From positions 62,001 through 126,000 of the forward strand of contig NIVC01000901.1 of assembly GCA_002269645.1 (NCBI GenBank): a DNA stretch of 64,000 bases, given 5' to 3'. This DNA comes from Macrostomum lignano. Taxonomy: Eukaryota. Below the pieces are notes generated by a model. That model did no database searches and was not told the DNA's origin. It worked only from the letters and a program-made list of their open reading frames with translations. Positions 41,661-53,835 of the stretch are shown one piece after another. The translations under genes and the position numbers were made by a program. The stretch's first letter is position 1. The number at the start of each line of letters is the position of its first letter.

Positions 41661-41679
41661 CTTCTATTGTGTTTGACCT

Positions 41680-42010
41680 GAAGCTTCTTTTATGTTGTGC
41701 ATGGTGCCTCTTTCCTGTTTTATGTGGTGCCTCTATTATACTTGACATGGTGGCTCTTTTATGTTTGAAGTTGTGTATTTTTTATGTTTGACATGGTTGC
41801 TCTTTTATGTTTGACATGGTGGCTCTTTTATGTTTGAAATAGTGGTTCCTTATGTTTGGCAGGCATGAGGCTTATTTTATGTTTGAAATGGTGTCATTTT
41901 TATGTTGGAGATGGTGCCTATTTTATGTTTAACATGGTGGCTCTTTTATGTTTGACATGGTGACTCTTTCATGCTTTACATGGTGCTACTGTTATATCAA
42001 ACATTGCACT
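41680..42010 (+). repeat. Degenerate 24-bp repeat TTTTATGTTTGACATGGTGGCTCT
   Basis: Direct reading. Confidence 0.8.
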
Positions 42011-43375
42011 TCTTTTATGGTTATCATTTTTGTGTTTAAGTTATAAAAAAAATTTTGCACTACTACTAAGATTCGAACTGAGGTTAGTACATTAGCAGTT
42101 TAGTCTATTTGCATCTAGGCTATCTTTTGTCAATTGGAAAACATGAATTGTGGCCCTTATAATTTAATACTTACAGCAAATTGGTTAGAGTAAAAGTCAT
42201 GAAATAATTAATTTCTCAATTAGCCAGTATTAGTTTCAATTTAAGTTAGCAATATAGTTACACAATTTCAATCAAGTCATGCGCTATGTTTTGACACTAT
42301 ATTTTTAACACAGCAAGGCAATAAAAGTCAGTAAATTTAGCCAATACAAACATACATGCGCAACCTCCAAAATTTGGTCGGCTGTGCGACTTAGTTTTAA
42401 CAAAATGCGACATAGTTTTTGGCTAAAAATGCAACTTACATGTAAAAAAAGCCCAAAAGCAAAATTAATGCAACTTTGGGTAAACAGCAGGAGTAACTAT
42501 GACTGTCTTATAAAGCCAAAATGCCTCGTCAGCTACTTAGTACTACCACTGGGTTTTTGGGTGGGCATTTTTTGCAACTTCCTTGGTTGGCCGACAAATC
42601 AGTCAGCTGGATTGGCTGACTTGGCTGCATGTATGAATACAAAGACAATAAATAAATACAATATGGCTACACAATCTCAATCAATTCTTATATGCTTTTT
42701 TGATATTATTTTCAACTTGTTGTAACGCAATCTTTATCAAAATCTGAATTCAATTAGGCAGTTTTTCTTTAGTATTTTTACAATGAATTTCAAGTCAAAA
42801 AGTCTGTTTAACCTTTGCAAAAAAGCATATTTTTCAAATATTTAATCCCTTTAGAATTGAGCCATTTTAGCCCCGATGCATGCCAGTATGTGGATCATGT
42901 ACCCATTTATGCTGGAAAAAATTCAGGCATCAAGGACTTTGTATGCCAGTATACGCCAAAAACAAAAAGTTGCACTAAAATGTATACGAAAAAATCCTAG
43001 AGTTTTCTAAGTAAGGCTTTTGTATGAAAAGTGTTTTTAAAATATTACAAATATTTTCAATTTGAAAAAACTTAAATTATACCTATAAAAATGATGCAAA
43101 ATTTATACTCTTAGCAAAAATTTACACTAATTTTATTTATTATTAATTTAAAAGAAGCAAAAAGTTTATCACTGACAATATAAATTTTCCTTCACTTTAC
43201 ATAAAAACATTACTTTACATTATAATTTTCATGCATGGCATGAATTTATTCACCAAAATTTGTATGCCAAAAAGTATGCGTGGCTGTGTTACTTGTGTAC
43301 GCCAATAGTGTATGCCAACAAAGCATGCCAGGGGTTGTGTATGCCAATTGTGAACACCAAGGACTTAGGGTGGCC

Positions 43376-44248
43376 TAGAGATGTTCCAAAATTTTGATTT
43401 TGATTTTGATTTTCCGAAATTCGGATTTTTTTAGAGCAACTTTCGATTTATCGGTGATATTATACAATTTTTACATGTAAAACTGTTTGAATTTGTTAAA
43501 ACTGTTCCATGCATGTAGGACATGTAACATGGTAGTTTGTACATGTGGAACTGTAAATTTTCGTAAATTTTGTTGCACTTTAAAGCTGCAAAAGCATCTG
43601 CTGATATATTGCATATTTTTTGCATTTTACAGTATATATGTGTACATTTACCATACATGTACATGCATTATTGTTTACACGATCTCAGTTATTGCTAGTC
43701 ATGCAGTACTAATACATATACATTTTAACTGTACATTTTATACATGTACAACTCAGTATACACCCTATACCCTACCGCCTAGATGGATAAAGGCAGAGAA
43801 ATTTGTTTTGTCTAGCAGGGAAAAGGCGCACTTTGCTGCCATGCTTTAATACTGTCTAGGCCTAGTAATGCAATATACGCGCCTTAGTATTTCTTTTAAA
43901 GGCACTAGTTCAAATAAATTACTTAACTAAATAATATCTCGCAAATAATATCTCATACTTACAGTATATGTAGTTTTCGCATCGAAAAATTTTTTTGTAT
44001 TTAAATGTGGCAATGAGGGATTCTACTTATTTAGTGGCCAAAAAAAACGAACTTCTGCTAAACATACATGTATTTTGTTTTGCATGAGCAGTAAATCAAA
44101 AGTAGAAAAGTGAGTGTCAGTTGTACTAAACATTGTTTTTCTAAATTACAATTTTGGAAAATTTCAATTTCGATTTTGATTTTGGTAAGTAGCGAATTTT
44201 GATTTTGATTTTGATTTTGACAGAAAATTTGCTTTTGGAACATCTCTA
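43376..44248. mobile_element. hAT-type MITE (TAGAGATGTTCC termini)
   Basis: TIR TAGAGATGTTCC...GGAACATCTCTA with a perfect 8-bp TSD GGGTGGCC (43368-43375 and 44249-44256); 8-bp TSD and TAG- termini are typical of hAT. Confidence 0.88.
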
Positions 44249-44891
44249 GGGTGGCCGTTTTGTATGCCGGAAAAGTTCCGGCGTATATGGCGAAATCCAA
44301 AAATGTGGGATAAAATGGTAAAACAAATCTGCGGACATTTGATGGAAAGTAATGTATCTAAAAAAGGTTTTTGAAAGATAGATAGGTCTTTAGAAAATAG
44401 TTCTGGATAAAAAGTATTGTTTTCATGTTTTATATTGTTGAATAAATAAGATAAAACCACAAAAAAGCATTTTGAAAGTTTGAGTTGACTGATTTGCTAT
44501 TTTTTTCTTCACTTTTTTCATTATTAAACAATTAATTTTAAGACTTGTAGGCCTTAGAGAAGGCTAATTTTTTTACTACTTACAAAACAGAAAGTAATCT
44601 GTGTTTTACTTTTTATTCAATTCAAAAAAATGAAGTATTTCTAAGGATTTCAAAGTTTTTCTAAAACCATATAAACTTGCAAAAATTCATACTAATAGAA
44701 AGTGCAAAGTTTGCCAGCAAACATCTTTCTCTAAAAGTAAATATGTCGCTAATTCCTTGTTGCAAAATAATCTTTATGTTGTTCTTTTCATTTAAATATC
44801 AATTTGCATAGTATTAGTATTTGTAATATGCCTATATTTAGACAAAAATTTTGGGTAAAAAATGGTACCACAAAATGTGAACCCGGCATAT

Positions 44892-45400
44892 AAATCAGAT
44901 GCTTACTATATGCTCATTAAGCGACGAAGAACAATGAAATTACACTAAAACATGTATCATCGCGGCATGTATGCAGGAAAAAAAATTTTCTAAATTGCTT
45001 TAGTAGAAGCTGAGTAAAATGCAATTTTTCAATCCTTATGGGAATTCCAATGTGTTACCCAGCTTCCAAATCAGATGCTTACTGTATGCTCATTAAGCGA
45101 CAAAAAACAATGAAATTACACTAAAACATGTATCATCGCAGCATGTATGCAGGAAAAAAAGAATTTTCCAAATCGCTTTAGTAGAAGCTGAGTAAAATGC
45201 AATTTTCCAATCCTTATGGGAATTCCAATGTGTTACCTGGCTTCCAAATCAGATGCTTACTGTATGCTAATTAAGCGACAAAGAACAATGAAATTATACT
45301 AAAACATGTATCATTGCGGCGTGTATGCAGGAAAAAAGAATTTTCCAAATCACTTTAATAGAAGCTGAGTAAAATGCAATTTTCCAATCCTTACGGGAAT
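44892..45400 (+). repeat. Three tandem copies of a 176-178-bp AT-rich unit
   Basis: AAATCAGATGCTTACT starts at 44892, 45068 and 45246. Confidence 0.92.
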
Positions 45401-45817
45401 TTATATGTTTAAATAATAAACTTATGTTGAATACAATTTATTGCAAACAAACTCTACAAAATACACGTTGTCAAGAGTAACGAAAGTGATAAACAAATAA
45501 ACCCTTGAAAATAATGTTAAATATGTTGTAGAATTATAGAGTGTAACATTATAAGATAGTTAAAGTTAATAAAATATATTATTATAGCTTTTCTATCATT
45601 TTCATTAGACTCATTTTAGGTCATAATTAAACTCACCATTTTAACAAATCATTTTATTAAAAATAAAGCTATATGAACATAATTTGTGCTTTAATAGACT
45701 TTTTTACCTTTTAAAAACTTGAATAAATTTATTTTATAGCTTTATTGCTTTCAAATTGCCAAAAAACGAATTTTCATAAAACTTGCCCCCAATTTTTGGA
45801 TTTCACCATATGCATAC

Positions 45818-46516
45818 CAAGGACGACTTAAGTAGAAGGACGGGAAACCTCGTTTCTTAGAAAATTTTTGAAGGCACTTTTTCCTGAAAAAAATACACTA
45901 CGGAGATAGGAAATTTTCATTTTTTCAGCACAAAAATTGCTATTACTTTTGATAGGAGGCAGATCCAGTGCTCATCTTTTGCTATGTTGTGCCTTTTTTA
46001 TTGCTCTATCGATATTTATAAAGCTTTTAGTTCAGAAAATTAGGATTCTATGTAAATTTTTTATTCTCAGTATATTTTCACGTGTCTTGTGATTGAAATA
46101 CATTAGAATGCCACAGCTCGGCTCTTTGGTTTTAGAAGTCTATTTTATCATTCTTAACTGACTGTTTAGCAAATATTCGTAACAGAGATGATAAAACAGG
46201 TTCATAAAAGCAAACATTGGAGCTGTGTCATGCATTTTTGTGATTTTCAGATATAGGAAATGTATGTAGAATAAAAAATTGACATATAATCCTAATTTTC
46301 TGAACGAAAAGCTTTATAAATATCAATAGAGCAATGAAAAAGGCACAACATATCAAAAGATGAGCACTGGATCTGCCTCCTATCAAAAGTAATAGCAATT
46401 TTTGTGCTGAAAAAATGAAAATTTCCTATCTCCGTAGTGTATTTTTTCGGGAAAAAGTGCCTTCAAAAATTTTCTAAGAAACGAGGTTTCCCGTCCTTCT
46501 ACTTAAGTCGTCCTTG
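45818..46516. mobile_element. Foldback-like MITE of 699 bp with long inverted arms
   Basis: Arms of roughly 300 bp are near-perfect reverse complements (CAAGGACGACTTAAGTAG...CTACTTAAGTCGTCCTTG); perfect 8-bp TSD ATGCATAC (45810-45817 and 46517-46524). Confidence 0.92.
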
Positions 46517-46822
46517 ATGCATACCATCTACAACCTAGGATGCATGTACTGTCAAGAAAATTTTTGATCAAATGGTGCAAGTTTGAAAAAAATTGGTTCA
46601 GCTTTTTTTTTCTAATCAATAGCATACCCATATACATACAAACAACTCATTTTTAGTATATAAGAAGATAAATATAAGATTTATCTAGTGTCTAGTGACA
46701 GGGTCTAGATTGCAAATAGTGCATGTTAGAATGCAAATCCCATCTTAGCAAAAATGACTCCTAAAAAGTCATTCATACCATCAACTTTGCAAGTTTCCTA
46801 AGAAAAAAATGAAATGCCTCAC

Positions 46823-46985
46823 CACTTTCAAAAGCACTGATCCATATTTTTACAGTCTGCTGTGCATAATCTTTGTGGTTGAAAAATGCAGTTGTCAGTC
46901 CATAAATGCTATCTTTATCATTGACGAGTGTTAGCAACTTCTGTTGAAACTTTTTTGGATCAAATTTAATAGAGCCTTTGCCCAT
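46823..46985 (-). CDS. RPRD2-like: RPRD2-like RNA Pol II CTD-interacting (CID) protein, exon 1
   Basis: MGKGSIKFDPKKFQQKLLTLVNDKDSIYGLTTAFFNHKDYAQQTVKIWISAFES resembles the CID N-terminus; G|gtgagg donor; followed by a 9.7-kb intron (37104-46822). Confidence 0.85.
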
Positions 46986-47759
46986 GACAAAGTCAAGACT
47001 CAAGAATTCGAATTTTTTCAACTACCACAAATAAATACTGCTAATTGTTTAACACAAATTTAATTTTAAGTCAAGGGTCGATACAGACGACACTTAATAA
47101 GAAACAGAACAGTGGCAAAACTACACAAGTGATGTCCGTCGCGATCACTGCAATCAATTAGGTTTGACACGACGATGATCTCAGCGTTTATAAGTAATAA
47201 AAAAACACAACAGACTTTAAATGTTTTCACTAGTATTAACAAATCTTTAAGTTTTGCTAGTGCTCAAAATGTTTCTCTTAATCCTAAGGCTAAATTGTGC
47301 AGCAAAAACAAATTTAAAGCTAATATGAAAGTTAAACCTTAAATATGTTTTTTTCCGAAGTTTTTTTGAGTTTTTTTGATTTTTGAGTTATGTTTAATCT
47401 GGGCCTGTACGTGCATTTAGGTACATTACGTACATTTACTTAAGTTATTGACTCTTAAGTCTTATGCAGGCTACACCTGAAACGGCGACACATGAAATTA
47501 TTATTACTTTAGTGCTTTCAATTTTTACTACTATACATATATTAAAAACACTAACACGTTACGCGTTATGTAGTTATGTAGTTACGCGTATCCACCTTTC
47601 TAGAAATTTCCGTATAAAAGACATTTTAAATTAGGCAATGTAAACTCCGCGCACATGCTTTCCGAATACTCCCGAACTCTAGAATTTTCTATGAAATTAT
47701 TATAAAAAGCATGTATAGCAGCTAGCGCATCCCCGACATTGTACTCGTAATTGATCAGT

Positions 47760-48620
47760 AGCTTTTCCATGCGTAAAGCTGTTGAACAAACACTAACCCG
47801 AAGAACAACCGCCTCTATATCTCATTCATTTCAGCTCACTACAATAGTACAGCCTCGAGCTGCTGAAGGTAAATTCTTCCTCGGACTTTTGAGTAAACCA
47901 TATGCAAGAGGGCCGGGTCATCGAGAGGTAACGGCAAACCGGCCATACTGTACATGCATGGCAGGCAGTGCAGTCCTCAGGTAATGTAATAATGAGTCGA
48001 TGAAACGCTGAAAAACTTTTGCGTCATTTCGGAGCCCAAGGGCATATCGAGTCTATCAGATACATTTACTTTAAAAAGACCGAAAGGTGTGTTGATTGCT
48101 GTCCTTGGAAATTGTGATTACATGTAGATGCTCGCACTAGGAATTTAGACCAGTTTCCTTGAGGTCGCGTTGAGCAGTGCGAATATAGCAAGTGAAGCTC
48201 TGAATTTTCAGTACTGCATGGGTAGTGTAGCTATCTTGTTAAGGGCGCGGTAGTCGCCACATGGTCGCGCCATTTTCCCGTTGTGTCTGCCGTCCGACTT
48301 TTTTGGTTACCATGTGGAGTGGTACATGATGCCCACGAGTTCTTGGATAGTCAAATATAGCCGGCGTCGATCAGCTATTGGAATTCTTCTCCAGCTGCAG
48401 CTGCTGGTGGGGTCTGGCGTGTAGGCCGGTTGTTGGTTGCTGGTGTCGATTCGATGCACTGTGCGATCGTGCTAAACCATATATCGGCAGGCGGGAGTCG
48501 GCTTCCCTCCACGTAGGCGAAGGTGTCCAGAAAGCGGTAGATCAACTGCCTGATTATTGTGCCGCAGTCTGCCGGGATAGACTGGTGTGACGGTCGGTAA
48601 AAGATGGAATGCTGCCGAGG
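47760..48620 (-). mobile_element. Decayed Ty3/Gypsy reverse transcriptase remnant
   Basis: Reverse strand, across frameshifts, gives WRPCGDYRALNK (about 48235-48272) and MPLGLRNDAKVFQRFIDSL (about 47990-48046), diagnostic Gypsy RT motifs. Outer limits approximate; no LTRs seen. Confidence 0.8.
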
Positions 48621-49264
48621 ATGGTCACAATTCTGGCGTATGGAGTTACGTCACAGCCCGCGGACACTTTCTACTTAAACAAATTACTAATTAATTAAGT
48701 GATGATCAAACAATTTAGTAGCTACAGATTCCATACAATTAGAAGAGCGCACCTGTATTTCGGTACAATTGCATGTATGACTTACTTAAAAAATTAACAC
48801 ACTATAGCTACTATAATGATCTTTCCCCGTGAATTGATTATGCATGGTTATGCAACCATGCTAATTAACCTACATGTTTGAACCGTTAGATTGACGCATG
48901 AGTGCTGAACATTGTACTGAGAACCTATAGCGAAAGTCAAGCAATTTATGAAAAATTGATGCACTGTTTCAGCAGTGGAAATTCTTTAGAAAATTTTGAG
49001 CGGGTCTCTTCAAATGTTAAATAAAGTAGTGATTCCTTGCAAATACTGTAGCTGCAGCTAACCAGTGTTTAGACAGCTGTGCAACAGGTTTTCAGTTCTC
49101 TTGTTTACCAAAGGTAAACTGAAAGGAAGTTTCTTAGTCAAGTGCTCGAAGTATTTACCTAGTAAACAAGGATATAGGAGCCTACATACACTTAAAACTA
49201 GGAGGAGATGTAAATTCTGAAGAATTCTGAAAAAACTTTGTAATGTACATGTATGCGATGCATC

Positions 49265-49632
49265 TGCTAAAGCCCCTTGGTGCTAAAGCCCCTTGGTGCT
49301 AAAGCCCCTTGGTGCTAAAGCCCCTTGGTGCTAAAGCCCCTTGGTGCTAAAGGCCCTTGGTGCTAAAGCCCCTTGGTGCTAAAGCCCCTTGGTGCTAAAG
49401 CCCCTTGGTGCTAAAGCCCCTTGGTGCTAAAACCCCTTGGTGCTAAAGCCCCTTGGTGCTAAAGCCCCTTGGTGCTAAAGCCCCTTGGTGCTAAAGCCCC
49501 TTGGTGCTAAAGCCCCTTGGTGCTAAAGCCCCTTGGTGCTAAAGCCCCTTGGTGCTAAAGCCCCTTGGTGCTAAAGCCCCTTGGTGCTAAAGCCCCTTGG
49601 TGTTAAAGCCCCTTGGTGCTAAAACCCCTTGG
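49265..49632 (+). repeat. 16-bp minisatellite TGCTAAAGCCCCTTGG, 23 copies
   Basis: Direct reading; highly homogeneous. Confidence 0.97.
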
Positions 49633-49943
49633 CCCTCTCAATATCCGTTATAATCTTTGTTCAGAATGAAAAGCCTGCGCACAGAAATACGAGCGTATGT
49701 TGTCATGCAGAGCGTTCTAACAAATAGATCGATGCTGCAATTCTAACAAAGTATACTTTTGTTAGAACGTTGAACTCCCAATTTGATTGGCTGAGACGGA
49801 ACAGGCCCCTATTTTCAGTTTTAGAGTGGGTATATATCTCCAGTCCATGTAAAGTTAACATCCTGCTCAAGCTGAACGGGAACAATTAATTATAGCCATC
49901 CTCCGATTTTTGAGCACACACCACACAAAATCGTTATTGAGTT

Positions 49944-51197
49944 ATGTCGCACAGCCGATTTTGGTTAATGCTTTCTGTTACCATGGTAATACTCAATCAA
50001 TCTGTTCATTCCAAGAGAGATTATCAAATAGAATTGATGAAGTATCTGAAGAACAACATCACGGACTACAGTCCGATAGTTCGGCCAGTGTTGGACCCGG
50101 ACCAGGTGATGCTATTCAATTTCACCTTTCTGCTCAGCCAAATTGTAGCTGTGGACAGCGCTAAGCAGACTGTCAAGATATCCGCTTACCTTCAGGCTGG
50201 CTGGACCGAGGAGCGGCTGGTCTGGGATCCGGCCGATTTTGGAAACGTGACTGTCATGGACTGGGACTCCAGTCAAATCTGGTTCCCCGTGATTCTCATT
50301 TACAATGGCGTAGGCGACAACCAGCTGCTCAAGCCGCAGTTTCCCATAATCCTCACTTCCAGTTCGCCCAGGGCAACAGTTGCAGAGACAACCTGAGAGC
50401 AGGAATGGGAGTTCTCCTGCAAATTCGACATGAGCCTATTTCCATTCGACAAGCACGTCTGCGACATGGAACTGTTCTGCAGCGACCAAGGTCGGGGTCA
50501 CCATCTTCTCCAGCCTGCCATTGGCAACCCAATGAACAATGAGCTGGCGATTTACGTCGTTAATAGCGAGTGGAGACTATTGAATCTGAGCACATTCGTG
50601 CATCTGAGGTACTACGAGATGCTCAAGGGCCAGCCAAAGTTGCCGCTGCCAAGCTACGTTATTCGCATGACTGTCGAGCGCGTGTCCAACTACTATCTGC
50701 TGAACGTGGTGGCTCCCCTGCTGCTGCTAACGCTGCTCCAGTTGCTGATTTTCATCGTGCCAGTCGAGTCCGGAGAGAAGCTGGGCTTCGGCATCACCAT
50801 CATGCTGAGCTACACGGTGTTCCTGCTGCTGCTGGACGGCCTGCTGCCCAAGTCGCAGTCAATGCCGGCCGTGGCGTCCTTCATCACGGCGGCCATGGTG
50901 CTGTCGTCGCTGTCCCTGCTGCTCACGTCCGTCGTGATTCGATTCCACTTCGCTGCGGACACCCAGTCGATGCCGCCGTGTCTCCGTCTCGTGTTCGTGA
51001 CCTGCCTGGGACGCCTGCTGTGCACCTCCACCAGCGACTCGAAGGTGGACGTCGGTGTCGAGGGCGCTCATCGACCGAGCCGCTCCGACTGGGTGGTGGC
51101 GGCGCTGGCCCTGGAGAGGCTGATGGCTTTGGTTGGCAGCGTTGCCATCGTTGTCATCTTTCTTGGGTATCTGCTGGCTCCGTTCGCAACTCACTGA
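49944..51197 (+). CDS. Intronless divergent Cys-loop ligand-gated ion channel subunit (nAChR-like, non-alpha) interrupted by one in-frame TGA at 50394-50396; possible pseudogene, read-through gene or sequencing error
   Basis: ORFs 49944-50396 and 50430-51197 are in the same frame, separated only by the TGA. Signal peptide, SPIVRPV, WFPVILIYN (loop A), C-x13-C loop CKFDMSLFPFDKHVC, four TM helices, SGEKLGFGITIML at M2, MX and MA-like helices. Confidence 0.9.
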
Positions 51198-52310
51198 GCT
51201 GCACCTCCAAGCGCAGCTTTGGGCAGAACTTCACTATTCAAAATTAAATTTAACTTCGCACCAAGTCGTTAATTGGTCGCAAACTTTAAATTGTCAATTT
51301 AGCAATACGTATTTTCAATTCGAAACCTAATATGCAGACCCTGGGAAGTACTTTCCCCGATCAAGAAGTTTATTAGAATTGAAAAAAAGTTTCTCTAAAA
51401 TTTTGAGCTTATATTTGTTAATTGTTCGACACATTTTTAGCCACTAGCTGCTATTGTGGTGAATCACTCTTATGCCTACATTATACCTAATGTTTCTTTT
51501 TATCTTATAAACATTTTATAACAATTTGCTATATCCTGTTCTTACTTTTACTGAATCATTTCTGCAGGCTATTTTAGTTTTTTATGTTGTTCAGTAATTT
51601 ATTCTTGGTCACATGGACACCTCAGTAATTTTATGACGAATCGAAGCTACTATAGTGAGTTGCAGTAAGTTGTAAGTTGCTGCGATCGTGCGGAATAGAC
51701 AATAATCTCTGCGAATAGAAAAAATAAGCACATTTTGAAGGAATTGATTTAACAAAATTAATAATTGCCAACCGGCGAAGGTCGAATTACTGCATGCCCA
51801 TTCCGCCGACTCCCCTGAGCAGGCACACAAGCGTGCGGATACGTACGCAGCCATAGCTACGCACAGGCACACACTCACACAGGAGTTATAGCGGCTTATT
51901 GCACGAGCAGAGCCAAGCCGAGATTCCAATTTAGCCACAAATGTAAGTGACTGCAGTTGGAATCGAACCTGGGCCACTGGCCGCTTGATTATTCGAATTC
52001 AAACAAACAATCTTTTAGTTTAAATTCACGTTCAAATTTTCCCGGCCACAGGTAAATTAATTAATCCTTTCACTTTTCGCAAGGCTGCTAGAGGCTGCTA
52101 AGGAAATGGGGTTCCGTCCAATAGAAAGTCTGTGCCAGAAAAATACAATTTCTCGAGTACTCTAGATAGTAGCTATGCAGAGACTTCTATAGCTATCTAG
52201 AGCTGCTAAAAATTGAGTCAGGAATTCTTTGATGCTGGTCACTGTAAGCCAGTCGTTAGAAGGTTTAATTCAGCCTTTACCATGCGTCACAGTCAGAGAC
52301 AAGAACAGGA

Positions 52311-52853
52311 GCTTTAGCACCAGGGGCCTCAGCACCAGGGGCTTTAACACCAGGGGCTTTAGCACCAGGGGCCTCAGCACCAGGGGCTTTAGCACCAGGG
52401 GCTTTAGCACCAGGGGCTTTAGCACCAGGGGCCTCAGCACCAGGGGCTTTAGCACCAGGGGCTTTAGCACCAGGGGCCTCAGCACCAGGGGCTTTAACAC
52501 CAGGGCTTTAGCACCAGGGGCCTCAGCACCAGGGGCTTTAGCACCAGGGGCTTTAGCACCAGGGACCTCAGCACCAGGGGCTTTAACACCAGGGGCTTTA
52601 GCACCAGGGGCCTCAGCACCAGGGACTTTAACACCAGGGGCTTTAGCACCAGGGGCCTCAGCACCAGGGGCTTTAGCACCAGGGGCTTTAGCACCAGGGG
52701 CCTCAGCACCAGGGGCTTTAACACCAGGGGCTTTAGCAGCAGGGGCTTTAGCACCAGGGGCTTTAGCACCAGGAGGCTTTAGCATCAGGGCCGCCAGCAC
52801 CAAGGGGGCGCCCAACACCAGGGGCGCCAGAGCACCAGGGGCGCCAGCACCAC
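52311..52853 (-). repeat. 15-bp minisatellite (reverse complement TGCTAAAGCCCCTGG)
   Basis: Plus strand reads CCAGGGGCTTTAGCA repeats; degenerates after about 52790. Confidence 0.96.
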
Positions 52854-53835
52854 GGGTGTCAGCTTCAACCATTGATTTTGTTTGTGTCAGCCGTGTGAAC
52901 CAAATCGAGAAGCTCTGCTAGATAATAACTTAAAAGAATTTTAGCATCCAAAGTCTCAAAGTTTTACCCGAACACAAAGCGCACTGAAGGCCATGGTTAA
53001 AAATAATCTTATTATAGCAAAAGCGAAGACGATAAGCAGTGCCATATCGTATATTGATGAGTAAGAGGTGCAAAAAGCATTTACACTAAGACGCTGTAAT
53101 CTGCAAGCTGTTATTCCTATTTTAAATACAGGCCCACAGCTTCCTGACTAGACTAGACTGGACGAGGAAGTCAGTTAAATTGAAGAATAGCGGAATTTAC
53201 GGCGACAGCCAGAGGATCTAAAGTATAAAAAATTGTTGGAGATGTTTGAATTTGTCAAAATTACCAAAGTAGATGAAGCATTATAGTTATCATCATAGGA
53301 AGCAATATTTTATAGTAATTAATTTGTAATAAATTCATGGAAATTACCATTATAAAGAAAGTCGCAAGCGCTCTACTAAAAGTAGTCAAAACAGGATATG
53401 CGAGAATTTTACTACATTGAACCCTATATACTGATCATAAGTCTGTTGAAGTAGCTATTTTTTCACAAACTGCAGCCTTTTGAATGATTGACAAAAACTT
53501 TTTTAGAGAATGAATAAAACTTCTAGAGATGCTTCTGTCTGGTGATTAGATATCAACTATAAGCACTGAAAGCATTCATTGCAATAGCTTGCAAAAAGCA
53601 AAATAAATCAAGGCATTCTTGTGCACTTAAACTGCAGCTTCTAAACAATCGTCAAGAAAGAACCGCTAGAAGCTACCGTTGTGGTCAGGATGCAACGCTC
53701 AATATAAAGTACTTGGCAGCACAGAAGGTGAGATTTTGACAGATTAAGAGCGAGAGTCGTACACGTCCTCATAAAACCGGTAACTTCTGGCGGTTGCTAT
53801 CGTCAAATTAGTTCAGACAAATACCACCGTTATAG

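Noticed and set aside
51198-51720. SECIS element to explain the TGA in the Cys-loop gene
   Set aside because: The only ATGA candidate (about 51635) lacks correctly spaced AA and GA elements in a stem-loop by eye.
52229-52921. APGAK/LKPLV/STRGF repeat ORFs resembling a structural protein
   Set aside because: Open in several frames on both strands because the 15-bp unit lacks stops; a 14-bp unit shifts the frame mid-array.
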